NCBI GenBank assembly: GCA_902521725.1
Contig: CABYTF010000003.1
Location: 81,709-145,708 of the forward strand
Source: an uncultured Gammaproteobacteria bacterium
Lineage (GTDB): Bacteria > Pseudomonadota > Gammaproteobacteria > GCA-002705445 > GCA-002716945
Reading direction: 5' to 3'
Length of the DNA: 64,000 nt
Position 1 is the first letter of the stretch, and the number at the start of each line of letters is the position of its first letter. The notes under the pieces were generated by a model. That model was not told the DNA's origin. It worked only from the letters and a program-made list of their open reading frames with translations, and did no database searches. A program made the position numbers and the translations under genes. Positions 41,232 through 51,641 of this stretch are shown piece by piece.

Positions 41232-42096
41232 TATTTCTTTTTAAGAAGAAATAAGCGCCTGGCAAAGAGCACAACAAATTACATAGACCATAAACTATAG
41301 CTACGGTGACACTGGCTGATACTGATAAACCAAGGAGAAATGATATGACTAGCGCAGTCGTTTCTCTTATTCCCCAGCCTCCTATACTTACTGGGAGTGC
41401 CATAGAAAATAAGATAATTGGTGCAAAAACGAAGAAACTTATTAAATCAATGTTCAAATTTAATGAGTACGCACAGATTATATATGTTGTTATGTAAGTC
41501 AAAACAATAATTAAAGATAATAAAAAATGCTTGTAAAGGCGTTTACCGCTAAATATATATTTGAAGTTTATAAAATACTGATTTTTCTTTTGATAAAAAA
41601 ATAAGAGCTTTGTCAGAATAACAAATATAATGATTACAGCTAGTACATAAGTGGAGGCCATATATTTTTCATTTACTATAAAAAATATCTGAAGTGAAAA
41701 TATGAATGTTACTACAAGAGCAAGTTGTCCAGATAATCTTTCAAAAATTACCGACTGCAAAGATTTTATGAAATTGCTACTGTTTTTATTATTAACTTTG
41801 ATATTTAGTGTTCTATATAGATCTCCTAGGATTCCTGTTGGTAAGATGTTATTCATAAATCCTGCAATATAATAATACCTTATTGCGTCACTATAATTTA
41901 TCGAAGACTGTGTTTTGGATGCAATAAAACACCATCTCCATGCGGATAGTAAATATTGAAATATACTCACTGCTAATACCAGCGGCAAAAAGATCAGATC
42001 AACACTTCCTAAAATGTATACTATTTCACTTCCATATGTCTGTAATATATAAAACATAAGAGTTAGTGAAAGTATGTATTTAATATATTTCTTCAC
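41224..42096 (-). CDS. Lysylphosphatidylglycerol-synthase TM/flippase-like protein (UPF0104)
   Basis: AWRW, NNILP..LGD.YR, ERLSGQ, LPVSIGGWGIRE. Confidence 0.85.
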   Translation of the reverse strand: MKKYIKYILSLTLMFYILQTYGSEIVYILGSVDLIFLPLVLAVSIFQYLLSAWRWCFIASKTQSSINYSDAIRYYYIAGFMNNILPTGILGDLYRTLNIKVNNKNSSNFIKSLQSVIFERLSGQLALVVTFIFSLQIFFIVNEKYMASTYVLAVIIIFVILTKLLFFYQKKNQYFINFKYIFSGKRLYKHFLLSLIIVLTYITTYIICAYSLNLNIDLISFFVFAPIILFSMALPVSIGGWGIRETTALVISFLLGLSVSASVTVAIVYGLCNLLCSLPGAYFFLKRNTI

Positions 42097-42965
42097 TTTT
42101 TATACAGCAATAAATCTTTATGTCCGACTTGAACCTTAATTGATTTGTTTGTAATACTGTCAATTTTGTCATTATGCCAGCGCCTTAGCATAGACCTATC
42201 TATACCATCCATGTGGAAAAGAGATTTTTTAATATCTGATACATATCTTTTCAAGAATGTAATATCATCCAAAGATTCATTCTGAATGATCCAAGGGGAA
42301 TCAGCAATTTTGATCTCATACCCTAATTCTCTTGCTTTTTTGGAAACATAATCAATGGATTTGTATCCTAAAGCCTTGCCGAATCCTTTGTCATATGACT
42401 GGTGTTTATTGAAATAGGACATAATATATTTATCATATGGATGACTCAGCTTCCACTTGACTTTACCGTCAAAGCATAATGATAAAAATAATATATTGTA
42501 ATGATTTATTTTGTTCAGACAAATATCAATAGATGATTTGGACATTAGGTCTATGGCCGCAGAATAACTTATGATATGTGGTTGTGTGTCTTTTATTTCA
42601 TACGTATCACAATTTTCTTTAACTATAGACACATCAAATTTTTTCTGAGATTTATCACTTATAGTAAGATCTAGATTATTTGTGTTTGATTTAATTACAT
42701 AAATATTTTTAAAATTTTGTCTAAGATTGCTTTTTATAGATTTAAGTAAATTGATGTCATTATCGACAAGTATAGCTCTATTAGGAAATAGTCCCTGTTT
42801 AAGTGCCCATATTAAAAAACTCCCGGAGCCTGTACACATATCGATCATGTGATAGTTTTGTTTTAGATTATTTTTCTCAATGAATTCATTTAGAATTCCA
42901 CTTCTTGCTATGGTGTCATAGTGAATTCTCATGTTTATCCAAGATTTACTAAACTTACTATCCAT
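42093..42965 (-). CDS. Class I SAM-dependent methyltransferase
   Basis: DMCTGSGS motif I, SAAIDL, FNKHQ, DSPW, VGHKDL. Confidence 0.75.
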   Translation of the reverse strand: MDSKFSKSWINMRIHYDTIARSGILNEFIEKNNLKQNYHMIDMCTGSGSFLIWALKQGLFPNRAILVDNDINLLKSIKSNLRQNFKNIYVIKSNTNNLDLTISDKSQKKFDVSIVKENCDTYEIKDTQPHIISYSAAIDLMSKSSIDICLNKINHYNILFLSLCFDGKVKWKLSHPYDKYIMSYFNKHQSYDKGFGKALGYKSIDYVSKKARELGYEIKIADSPWIIQNESLDDITFLKRYVSDIKKSLFHMDGIDRSMLRRWHNDKIDSITNKSIKVQVGHKDLLLYKK

Positions 42966-43944
42966 CTAACACCCGCTTGAATTTCGAGCCTACATCATCC
43001 CAGCTCATAAGAGAGGAATTTTTGATTGGGGATATATCATGTGACAAATCATTAACTGCTTTTGCAATCTCCAGGTAGTTATTTTTATTAACATATTTTC
43101 TTTTAAAGCCTTTTAAATTTTCATGAAATACAGGCAAGTCCGAGACTACGAGAGGTAGTCCAAGTGCTCCAGCTTCGACGTTTGCTATACCATATCCCTC
43201 ATAATGACTCATACACATATAAATCCTAGAATTAATCAAAGTCTGAAATAGATCCGAATGTTTATTGATTACTCCAAGAAACTTAACTCTATTTGTAAGA
43301 CCTAGCTGCGTAATAATTTCGTTTATAGTTAAGAAGTAATTATCATCATTTTCATATTTTCCAACGATTAATAATTTCCATTTATCATCCAGATGAATTA
43401 GTGCTTGTATACATGATTCTATATTTTTTCTTGGGATGATGGATCCAACACAGATAAGATTATAATTTTTTGGCTCGTGCTGGTTATTTCTTAAATATAT
43501 GTCATCGATACCAGGTTGTATTACATCGATTGTTTTTCTGTTATTTAACATTTTCTGAATTACTTTCCTCATAGTTTTACTTACAGTAATCAGGCCATGT
43601 GCTTTCGAAAAAATCATTCGTTCTTTTAGTTTTAAAGAAATAACTCCAAATTTATTATTTTCATATGAGACCGGATGATGGATCAATAGAATTACACGGT
43701 ATTTTCTTACAATTGTGTTCATTAAACAATACATCTTCGATGCTAAAAGGCCATCAATAATTAGTGTAGATCTTTTGGGCAAACCGTTTATGGTGTTAAA
43801 GAAATTGAAAGTAAGTGCTGATGAATTTGTTGGATAAATATTGGTAATTTTAAATCCTATTTTCTTAAGATAATTTAAAATTTTTTTATCGTATTTATTT
43901 CCGCCAGTGATGCTTGAAAGATCTGGAGTGATAAAATAATTCAC
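42958..43944 (-). CDS. GT4 glycosyltransferase
   Basis: TGGNKYD, IIDGL, HHP, VGSIIPRK, EGYGIANVEA..GLP. Confidence 0.85.
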   Translation of the reverse strand: MNYFITPDLSSITGGNKYDKKILNYLKKIGFKITNIYPTNSSALTFNFFNTINGLPKRSTLIIDGLLASKMYCLMNTIVRKYRVILLIHHPVSYENNKFGVISLKLKERMIFSKAHGLITVSKTMRKVIQKMLNNRKTIDVIQPGIDDIYLRNNQHEPKNYNLICVGSIIPRKNIESCIQALIHLDDKWKLLIVGKYENDDNYFLTINEIITQLGLTNRVKFLGVINKHSDLFQTLINSRIYMCMSHYEGYGIANVEAGALGLPLVVSDLPVFHENLKGFKRKYVNKNNYLEIAKAVNDLSHDISPIKNSSLMSWDDVGSKFKRVLDG

Positions 43945-43945
43945 T

Positions 43946-44338
43946 TTATATTGTTTTTGTATATGAAGCTGAGGCTAAATGATTTTCTTTAAGTGATATT
44001 TTGATTGCAGAAAGTTTATTTACTTGGAAATTTCGTGTTTGTAGTTCATCATAGATCTCATCAGTAAATCGTTTAGCCATAAACTCTGTTGTGGTAATCT
44101 CGTCTTTAAGCTCATCTAAATTATCTAGATTTTTATAATTATATTTCTCTATTACAGTTTTCAGAATATCTGTTGCTAGGCCAATATCAATTATAATATT
44201 ATTGTTTATAAGTTTGTCGGAGAGTAACATCATATCAATAATATATGTTGTTCCATGAAGGTGTTTAGCTGGTCCAAAGAAATCATCTTTCAAACTATGA
44301 GCAATAAAACAGTAGTCCCTTATTTTTAATTCATACAT
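43946..44338 (-). CDS. 6-pyruvoyl-tetrahydropterin synthase-like protein (COG0720, PTPS-IV type)
   Basis: IAHSL...FGPAKHLHGTTY; lacks the QueD catalytic Cys; TTEF. Confidence 0.8.
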   Translation of the reverse strand: MYELKIRDYCFIAHSLKDDFFGPAKHLHGTTYIIDMMLLSDKLINNNIIIDIGLATDILKTVIEKYNYKNLDNLDELKDEITTTEFMAKRFTDEIYDELQTRNFQVNKLSAIKISLKENHLASASYTKTI

Positions 44339-45306
44339 TAGTACCTCACTACCTTACATAAACCTTTAAGGTATTCCTTTTTGAAAAACATAGGTAAGTC
44401 TTTTAACTTGATCTCATTTTTATCAATCAATATATCGAGAACATCATCATCCAACATTTTTAATGCGAGATTCCTTCTTTTTAGGTTATCAAATTTTCTA
44501 AGTTTATAAGATGGCATATTACCTACTTGCGAGAATATTATATTTAAACGTCTTGAAAAACAATTCTCTCCCATTCTAATTTTGGACTGTTGCTTCCCGT
44601 ACCAGCTTAACACACAAATTTTTGTATCAAGATCGGTGAAACGCTGAAGTTGGTCAAGCGCAGCAATATTTCCTGAGCATTCGTATATTATGTCGGGATT
44701 TTTGATGTTTTTGATATTATTGTCAAAATTTATATTCAATCTATTACATAACATTCTTTTTTTGTTGTCTTTATCAATCATGATAACTTCAATACCAAAA
44801 GTTTTTGATAGAACATAAGCCATTAATAGACCAACAATCCCAGCGCCGATTATGTAGACCTTATCACCAATAGATGGCATGCTATCCCACATAGCATTTA
44901 TAGCTGTCTCCATATTTGCCGTAAGTAGTGCTCTCTTAAGGGGAATTGTTTCTGGGATAACACTGACCAAAGAGGAATTGATAATATATTTTGTTTGATG
45001 CGGATACATCGTGTAAACCATTTTATTTATGAAATCCTTTGGACCATCAATTACCTTTCCGACATTCAAATAACCATATTTTACACGTGTATTGAATGAA
45101 CCTTCCTGATGTGGTGCTTTCATGTACTGGAACTGATTAGATGGAACCTGTGAGTTAAAAACAATTTTCTCTGTCCCGTAGCTAATTCCAGTATAAAAAG
45201 TTTTTACAAGTAATTCATCATGATCTAAATTCTTTTTTAAATATTCCGTTTCAATTGTTCCTTTTTTCTTCGAAACCCAAAATGATTGTGCGTTATACTG
45301 ATCCAT
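44338..45306 (-). CDS. Zinc-binding (MDR) alcohol dehydrogenase-like protein
   Basis: ISYGTE, KYGYLNVG, ANMETAINAMWD, GAGIVG, LSWYG. Confidence 0.82.
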   Translation of the reverse strand: MDQYNAQSFWVSKKKGTIETEYLKKNLDHDELLVKTFYTGISYGTEKIVFNSQVPSNQFQYMKAPHQEGSFNTRVKYGYLNVGKVIDGPKDFINKMVYTMYPHQTKYIINSSLVSVIPETIPLKRALLTANMETAINAMWDSMPSIGDKVYIIGAGIVGLLMAYVLSKTFGIEVIMIDKDNKKRMLCNRLNINFDNNIKNIKNPDIIYECSGNIAALDQLQRFTDLDTKICVLSWYGKQQSKIRMGENCFSRRLNIIFSQVGNMPSYKLRKFDNLKRRNLALKMLDDDVLDILIDKNEIKLKDLPMFFKKEYLKGLCKVVRY

Positions 45307-45308
45307 GA

Positions 45309-46019
45309 ATGAATTATATCAAAAATATGTTATCTAGATATGCAGGTTTTCAGTTATTTTTTCTCAACGTATCATACTTAATGTTACTGGTTCTACTCTT
45401 GACGCCAGGAGAAATAACACAAAGCATACTGACCTCCTCTTTGTATGTGCTAATGTTTATTTCTGCAATCTCAATTTACACTCTAAGGGAAAGTCGGATA
45501 GATTTTAATATTCCAAATTTGATCACAAACTTTAGACTAGTTTTAAACATTTTCATTTTCGTCTGTATCTATAATACTGAAAGTTATAATATCGAAACAA
45601 TTCTACTTCTCGTTATAATAAGCTTGATATTAGATGGAGCCGATGGCTACTTATCTAGATACCTAAATCAAATGACCTTATTTGGGAAGACATTTGATCA
45701 AGAGGTTGATAATTTCTTAATATTTATTCTCTCATTCTCATTGATATACAACTATGATTTCAACATAGCATTAGTTTGTATCCCTCTATATAGATATATT
45801 TTTCTGATTTTGATTAATCAGGAATTCATTAGTAATCATGAGCTTCCTGAATCCTTATTCAGAAAAACAGTCTGCGTTATAACAATATTGTCTCTAGCTG
45901 CATGTAACTATTACAATATGGTTGAATCAATGAGAAGTTTAATATATATAATTATAGTATTAGTTTCATATTCATTTTTGAAAGACACTATTTACTTATA
46001 TAGGAGAAAGAATGCTTAA
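45309..46019 (+). CDS. CDP-alcohol phosphatidyltransferase family protein
   Basis: PNLITNFR and DGADGYLSR....T.FG..FDQEVD. Confidence 0.88.
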   Translation: MNYIKNMLSRYAGFQLFFLNVSYLMLLVLLLTPGEITQSILTSSLYVLMFISAISIYTLRESRIDFNIPNLITNFRLVLNIFIFVCIYNTESYNIETILLLVIISLILDGADGYLSRYLNQMTLFGKTFDQEVDNFLIFILSFSLIYNYDFNIALVCIPLYRYIFLILINQEFISNHELPESLFRKTVCVITILSLAACNYYNMVESMRSLIYIIIVLVSYSFLKDTIYLYRRKNA

Positions 46020-46587
46020 AAAATTTATAATACTTTTATTGTTCCCTGTAATAACTTTTGCGTCTACAGACAAATACATAATCGATAAGTCTCACTTTGC
46101 AATTGGTTTCTTAGTTGAACATGTCGGCTATGCAAAAACATTGGGAATGTTCCGTGAAATTGATGGAAATTACTCTCACGATACTGAAAATAACACAATT
46201 AACGACATTAACATTATTATTAAAACAGATAGTGTCTTCACAAACCATGATAAGAGAGATGAACATTTAATGAGTCCCGATTTTCTTAATGTCAGTAAGT
46301 ACCCAGAAATGACCTTCAGAGCAAGTAACATAAAAATTGACAATGAGGAAACTATCATAGATGGTCAACTGACACTCCTGGGCATCACGAAGCCATTAAC
46401 ACTCTATGGAAGGATAAATAAAATAGCGAAATATCCATTTGGCGGAATAATTAAACCTTATGTAATGGGCATATCAGCAAAAGGTGTTATCAAGAGATCT
46501 GATCATGGGATGATGTACGCCGTTAAAGACAATCTAGTTGGTGACGAAATAGAACTTATTATTGAATTCGAAGCCATAAGACAATAA
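46012..46587 (+). CDS. YceI-like periplasmic lipid/polyisoprenoid-binding protein
   Basis: IDKSH, EHVG, RDEHL.SPDF, G.LTL.G.TKP, RSD.GM. Confidence 0.88.
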   Translation: MLKKFIILLLFPVITFASTDKYIIDKSHFAIGFLVEHVGYAKTLGMFREIDGNYSHDTENNTINDINIIIKTDSVFTNHDKRDEHLMSPDFLNVSKYPEMTFRASNIKIDNEETIIDGQLTLLGITKPLTLYGRINKIAKYPFGGIIKPYVMGISAKGVIKRSDHGMMYAVKDNLVGDEIELIIEFEAIRQ

Positions 46588-47249
46588 TGTCAGCCGATTC
46601 TCCAATAATAAAAAAAGAGCTGCGTGAATATGTTGATATCCTTGGTTATAGTGAATCTGAATTATTAAAAAAAAATAGAGAAGAGACAAAGAAGCTGGGT
46701 CCAATATCCATAATGCAAGTCGGCGCTGCACAAGGCGCTTTTTTGTCAATATTGTGCAAATGCGGTAAATTTAAGAATTGCCTTGAAGTGGGTGTATTTA
46801 CGGGTTACAGCTCATTGTGTATAAGTTCAGCAATAGAGAATGATTCAAGGCTAACAGTTATTGATAATAATAATGAATATTTAGATATTGCAAAAAAGTA
46901 TTGGAAATTAGCAAACGTTGTAGAAAAAATAAATGTGATCAAGAAAGATGCTTTAGAGGCCTTGTCAGAATTAAAAAGTAATTCTGATAAACAATTTGAT
47001 TTTGCTTTCATAGATGCAGATAAAGCAAACTATGTTGAATATTATGATTTGATATTGCCATTAATGAGTCGAGGAGGGATATTGTGTATAGACAATACAC
47101 TTTGGAAAGGAAGAGTATATGATCTTGACAATCAAACTGATAGTACAAAAGCAATCAGATCACTTAACCAAAAAATAAAAAACGATAAAAGGGTTGAACA
47201 CTCTATTCTTACAATTTATGATGGCATGACAATTTGTTACATTAAATAA
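46587..47249 (+). CDS. Cation-dependent O-methyltransferase (CCoAOMT/TrmR family)
   Basis: LEVGVFTGYS, FIDADK, DNTLW.G. Confidence 0.88.
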   Translation: MSADSPIIKKELREYVDILGYSESELLKKNREETKKLGPISIMQVGAAQGAFLSILCKCGKFKNCLEVGVFTGYSSLCISSAIENDSRLTVIDNNNEYLDIAKKYWKLANVVEKINVIKKDALEALSELKSNSDKQFDFAFIDADKANYVEYYDLILPLMSRGGILCIDNTLWKGRVYDLDNQTDSTKAIRSLNQKIKNDKRVEHSILTIYDGMTICYIK

Positions 47250-47941
47250 TGTTCGTATACAATTTCTATAAATTCATAAATATTCCTGATTTATCTATAA
47301 AAAAAGATATTTTGTTAAAAAGGCTAAATCATTTAAATATAAAAGGGACGATTCTCTTGGCAGCTGAGGGTATCAATGTAAACATAAGTCAAAAAAAACA
47401 ACTTCTTGATAAGGCATTAAAGGTTATTAATGAGCAAATATCTTTGGAAGATATACATATAAATAAAACAAAGAGTGATGATATCGCTTTTCAAAAACTC
47501 AAAGTGAAAGTGAAGAATGAAATTATTAGATTTAATTCTCTATTAAAGTATAGTGATAAAAAATATTTAAAATGCATCACTCCTCAACATTGGGATGAAA
47601 TAATTAAAAATGATGCTCAAATCATCGATATGAGAAATAATTTCGAATACAACTTAGGGACATTCAAAGGTGCCATAAATCTTTGTCTGATAAACTTTAC
47701 AGACCTTAAGGATAAGACTAATGAGCTAGACAAGTTAGATAGAAAAAAGAAAACTGCAATCTTTTGTACTGGTGGGATTAGATGTGAAAAGGCTGGAAAA
47801 TACCTCAGTGATATTGGTTTTGAGGATATATATCAACTTCAAGGCGGAATAATTAACTATTTAAATAGCACAAAGAATAAATATTGGAAAGGTGAATGCT
47901 TTGTATTTGATGACAGAATACTACTAAAAGGTAACTCGTAA
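47249..47941 (+). CDS. trhO: tRNA uridine(34) hydroxylase TrhO/UPF0176-like rhodanese protein (short form)
   Basis: FYKF, GTILLAAEGIN, LKVKVK.EI, GTFKGA, FCTGGIRCEKA, W.GECFVFDDR. Confidence 0.85.
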   Translation: MFVYNFYKFINIPDLSIKKDILLKRLNHLNIKGTILLAAEGINVNISQKKQLLDKALKVINEQISLEDIHINKTKSDDIAFQKLKVKVKNEIIRFNSLLKYSDKKYLKCITPQHWDEIIKNDAQIIDMRNNFEYNLGTFKGAINLCLINFTDLKDKTNELDKLDRKKKTAIFCTGGIRCEKAGKYLSDIGFEDIYQLQGGIINYLNSTKNKYWKGECFVFDDRILLKGNS

Positions 47942-48892
47942 TATTTCTTTTTTGACACTATTGTAATTACTGATATTCATTCTAAATACTTCTATAAGAT
48001 TTACATCACTTGAAAATCGGTCACTTTTTGAATGTTTGATTATGAATTCAAAGTCATTGGGGACATTTGTGTTCTCTTTCACCATGAAATCATTGGATGT
48101 GAACTTTACATTAAAGTTGGCACTGTTTATTTTAACTCTTTTAATGGCGAAAGGCTGATTAATATTTTTCTCTTTCAATATCATAAAGAAGTAGCCCTCG
48201 TATTTATCCCTCGAAGTAACTGATAAGTCTAGTATGGTTTGAGATAGACCTGAACTATCTTTTAGGTTTGTTAGTAATTTCTTATATTCATTTTTATTAG
48301 CTATATTTGGATGTTGGATTATTTCATTCAATGTATTTTGTGCAAGAAGATTATCATTCACATTGAAAGAAAAACTTAGAAGATCTAGTAAAGCTTGAGG
48401 TTCATTGGTTTTGTCAATGTAAATAACAAAATATTTTTCTATCAAATCTTTATTGATAATCTCGCCATCGCTCCTTAGTACTAATATGTACTCACGAAGT
48501 GCGTCCATATTATCAGGTCTTAAATTAATAGCTATCTGATATGCTTTTGATGCTTTTTGATAATTTTTCAGAATCGAATACGATTTTCCAAGCATCAACC
48601 ACCCATTGAAGTCGTCTGAAGAATTAAGAAGCCGTGATTCTAGTTTGGGTATATTTTCTCTGATAGTTTTAATATTATTACGCACTGACATATTCTTAGA
48701 GTGAATTTTTTTGTAATCAGCTGTATTAGATAGGTCATAACTTAATGAAAAAATATAGACGGTGATTACCGATAAAAATAGGACAATAAATAAATACAAC
48801 TTCATGCTCGTAAATTGTCCATCAACATTTCTACTCTTGAAGAGAATAAATAAATATATGAGGATGATCACAGAGAGGAAAATATAAATCAT
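47924..48892 (-). CDS. ccmI: Cytochrome c biogenesis TPR protein (CcmI/CycH-like)
   Basis: Two N-terminal TMs, D..GW.MLG.SY TPR, P.A.KR; follows ccmH. Confidence 0.7.
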   Translation of the reverse strand: MIYIFLSVIILIYLFILFKSRNVDGQFTSMKLYLFIVLFLSVITVYIFSLSYDLSNTADYKKIHSKNMSVRNNIKTIRENIPKLESRLLNSSDDFNGWLMLGKSYSILKNYQKASKAYQIAINLRPDNMDALREYILVLRSDGEIINKDLIEKYFVIYIDKTNEPQALLDLLSFSFNVNDNLLAQNTLNEIIQHPNIANKNEYKKLLTNLKDSSGLSQTILDLSVTSRDKYEGYFFMILKEKNINQPFAIKRVKINSANFNVKFTSNDFMVKENTNVPNDFEFIIKHSKSDRFSSDVNLIEVFRMNISNYNSVKKEILRVTF

Positions 48893-49251
48893 TTTATATA
48901 TCGCCTAAGCAAGAAATATCCTAGGAACATTATGAATATAAATGGGCCAAGCCAAAGGAGGATATTTTGCATATTAACAGGTGGGTCGTAAAGGATGTAT
49001 GAGCTATATCTTTCAGACAAAAAACTTTTTATTTCTTTTTCAGTCTTACCAGCTTCAAGCATATCTCGAATTTTTTCTTTCATATCTACTGCTAAGGGCG
49101 CTTCCGACTCTGCAAGATTTTGATTTTGACAAACCATGCATCTAAGCTCCTCAATGAGCTTTGTGTATTGTCTTTCAATATCAACTGACGCAAATGATGT
49201 GTTGCTTATCAATAAGAAAATCATTAAGTGGTAAATTCTCATCTTATTCAC
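48889..49251 (-). CDS. ccmH: Cytochrome c biogenesis protein CcmH
   Basis: LRCMVCQNQ and RY...ILYDPP. Confidence 0.93.
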   Translation of the reverse strand: MNKMRIYHLMIFLLISNTSFASVDIERQYTKLIEELRCMVCQNQNLAESEAPLAVDMKEKIRDMLEAGKTEKEIKSFLSERYSSYILYDPPVNMQNILLWLGPFIFIMFLGYFLLRRYIK

Positions 49252-49759
49252 TCAGAATAGGTAGCATTTCCTCTTGGATAATTTGATTATTGATGGGTCC
49301 AATATGTTTGTATTGAATTACTTGATTTTTATCCAAAATATATGTCTCAGGCACTCCATATACACCAAGATCAAGTGATAAATCACCTATGCTGTCTTTG
49401 ATAATTATCCTATAGGGATTTCCCCTCATGCTCAACCATCCCATAGCTTCACTTGTCTCATCCTTATAATTAATCCCAATCATATCAATATCTTTATTTT
49501 TTGAAAGCTGAATCAAATATGAGTGCTCTCTCTCACATTCAAGACACCAACTAGCCCATACATTTACAATAGTTTTTTTTTCTAGGAAGTTACTATTTGT
49601 AAGTGTGTCCTTGGTATATAGATCTGTTAGTTTAAATTCCGGAAAAGTTTTGCCAATCAAAGGGGATTCAATCTTTTTAGGATCATAGTGCAGCCCTTTA
49701 TACAGGAATATAGTTACGGATATAAAAATTAGGGCATAGAAGATAGTGATTTTATTCAT
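49244..49759 (-). CDS. ccmG: Thiol:disulfide interchange protein CcmG/DsbE
   Basis: NVWASWCLEC..EH, GINYKD, GVYGVPETY. ATG 49759 preferred. Confidence 0.93.
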   Translation of the reverse strand: MNKITIFYALIFISVTIFLYKGLHYDPKKIESPLIGKTFPEFKLTDLYTKDTLTNSNFLEKKTIVNVWASWCLECEREHSYLIQLSKNKDIDMIGINYKDETSEAMGWLSMRGNPYRIIIKDSIGDLSLDLGVYGVPETYILDKNQVIQYKHIGPINNQIIQEEMLPILSE

Positions 49760-51641
49760 ATATTTTCGATTGCTTAAATCTAATACTAAATATAGCACCT
49801 AATATCATGAATATCGTCCCAATCCATATAAGTCTAATCAATGGTTTATCGTAAATTCTCATAGACCATTTATTATCAGATACCATATTTCCAAGTGAAA
49901 CATAAAGATCCCTATCGAGCCTTCCATTTATACCTGCTTCGGTCATCGGAGAATCACTTGAGTGATATAGCCTTTTTTCTGGATTAATTTCTGTAATGAA
50001 TCTGTCATCTTTACTGACAATAATAGAAGCAATTACCGCATCATAATTAGCAGACTTAAACTCTTTGAGATTTTCAAATCTATAATCAAAGACACCTACT
50101 TTTTTTGACTCTCCAATTTCAAGAGTAAACTCTTTCTCTATTTTATTACTCTCTGAGACGCTTGCTCCAATTATAAATATCGCCAGACCAAAATGTGCAA
50201 AGTACATGCCTACTCTTCTTCTAATTTTCACAGAATTATCTGACGATCTATAGAAATCAAAAAGTATATTCGCAATGATCCAAACAGTAGAAAATATACC
50301 AACGAAAAAAAGTACAGATTGTACGGAAAAGATAAATGACAAAAATATACTAATAACAAATATTATAAATAACTGAACTAGTTGTGAATCAATTGAGGTC
50401 CTTGACAGAAGAATAGGAACATAGCCAACCAATAATATCAATGGAATCATTAAAGGCACAAACACAGCATTATAGTAAGGAACCCCCACAGAAATTTTTT
50501 CAAGTCCCAATATATCTAAAAATAACGGATACATTGTTCCAAGAAGGATAGTAAATGTAGCTGTTACAAGAAGAATATTGTTAAGTAAAAAGAAACCTTC
50601 CCTAGAAATAAGTCTTACGTCACTGTCGTCTATGAATTTTTTTGAGTTTAGTGCATAAGATAAAAGTCCTCCACCTATCAATGCAACCAGCATAAATAAT
50701 ATAAATACTCCCCTGGAAGGGTCATTTGCAAAAGAATGAACAGAGATCAAAATACCAGATCTAACTAAAAAAGTGCCAAGCAAACTTAAAGAAAAAGTAA
50801 AAATCGATAATAATATTGTCCAACTTTTAAAAATTCCTCTTTCACTTGTAGCAATCACCGAATGAAGAAGCGCTGTAGCCATAAGCCATGGCATAAAGGA
50901 TGCGTTTTCGACGGGATCCCAGAACCACCATCCTCCCCAGCCTAATTCATAGTATGCCCACCAACTTCCAAGCGCTATCCCTAAAGTTAGAAATGCCCAC
51001 GAGGCTAATACCCAAGGTCTGATCCATTGAGCCCATTCTTTTTTGAAATCATCCTCGAAACAACACGCAACGGCAAAAGAGAAAACAACTGATAGACCAA
51101 CATATCCCATATACAACATTGGAGGGTGAACTATTAAGCCAAAATCTTGTAAAAGTGGATTGAGGTCATTTCCATCAAGAGGGATAGTCATATTTCTATC
51201 AAAAGGATTGGAGGTTGCGACCACAAAAAGAAGAAAGCCAAGATTAAGGATGCCCATTATCGCTAAAAAATTGACTCTCAGGCGCTTGTGTAGATTAGTA
51301 CTGTACATACTTGCAAGAAACATCCAAAAACTTGAGACCACGCACCATAAAAGCATTGATCCCTCATGTCCTGCCCATGCTGCTGATATTTTATATATGA
51401 GCGGAAGGCTTGAATTTGAATTTTTAGATACATAATCTAGAGAGTAGTCTTCACCTACAAAAGTTGTTATCAAGCATAAAAAGGAGATAAGTATAATTGG
51501 AAAGTGTAATTTAGATGCAGAGAATAATATTTCCTGTGAAATATTTGAATTTGTTAATACTTTGGGCGAAAGCAGTATAATACAATTCATAAGGCCTAAT
51601 AGTAGAAGGAAGTGCCCGACATATCCAATCTCGATAATCAT
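49752..51641 (-). CDS. ccmF: Cytochrome c heme lyase CcmF
   Basis: WGGWWFWDPVENAS, HPPMLY, SVHSFA. Confidence 0.96.
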   Translation of the reverse strand: MIIEIGYVGHFLLLLGLMNCIILLSPKVLTNSNISQEILFSASKLHFPIILISFLCLITTFVGEDYSLDYVSKNSNSSLPLIYKISAAWAGHEGSMLLWCVVSSFWMFLASMYSTNLHKRLRVNFLAIMGILNLGFLLFVVATSNPFDRNMTIPLDGNDLNPLLQDFGLIVHPPMLYMGYVGLSVVFSFAVACCFEDDFKKEWAQWIRPWVLASWAFLTLGIALGSWWAYYELGWGGWWFWDPVENASFMPWLMATALLHSVIATSERGIFKSWTILLSIFTFSLSLLGTFLVRSGILISVHSFANDPSRGVFILFMLVALIGGGLLSYALNSKKFIDDSDVRLISREGFFLLNNILLVTATFTILLGTMYPLFLDILGLEKISVGVPYYNAVFVPLMIPLILLVGYVPILLSRTSIDSQLVQLFIIFVISIFLSFIFSVQSVLFFVGIFSTVWIIANILFDFYRSSDNSVKIRRRVGMYFAHFGLAIFIIGASVSESNKIEKEFTLEIGESKKVGVFDYRFENLKEFKSANYDAVIASIIVSKDDRFITEINPEKRLYHSSDSPMTEAGINGRLDRDLYVSLGNMVSDNKWSMRIYDKPLIRLIWIGTIFMILGAIFSIRFKQSKIYE

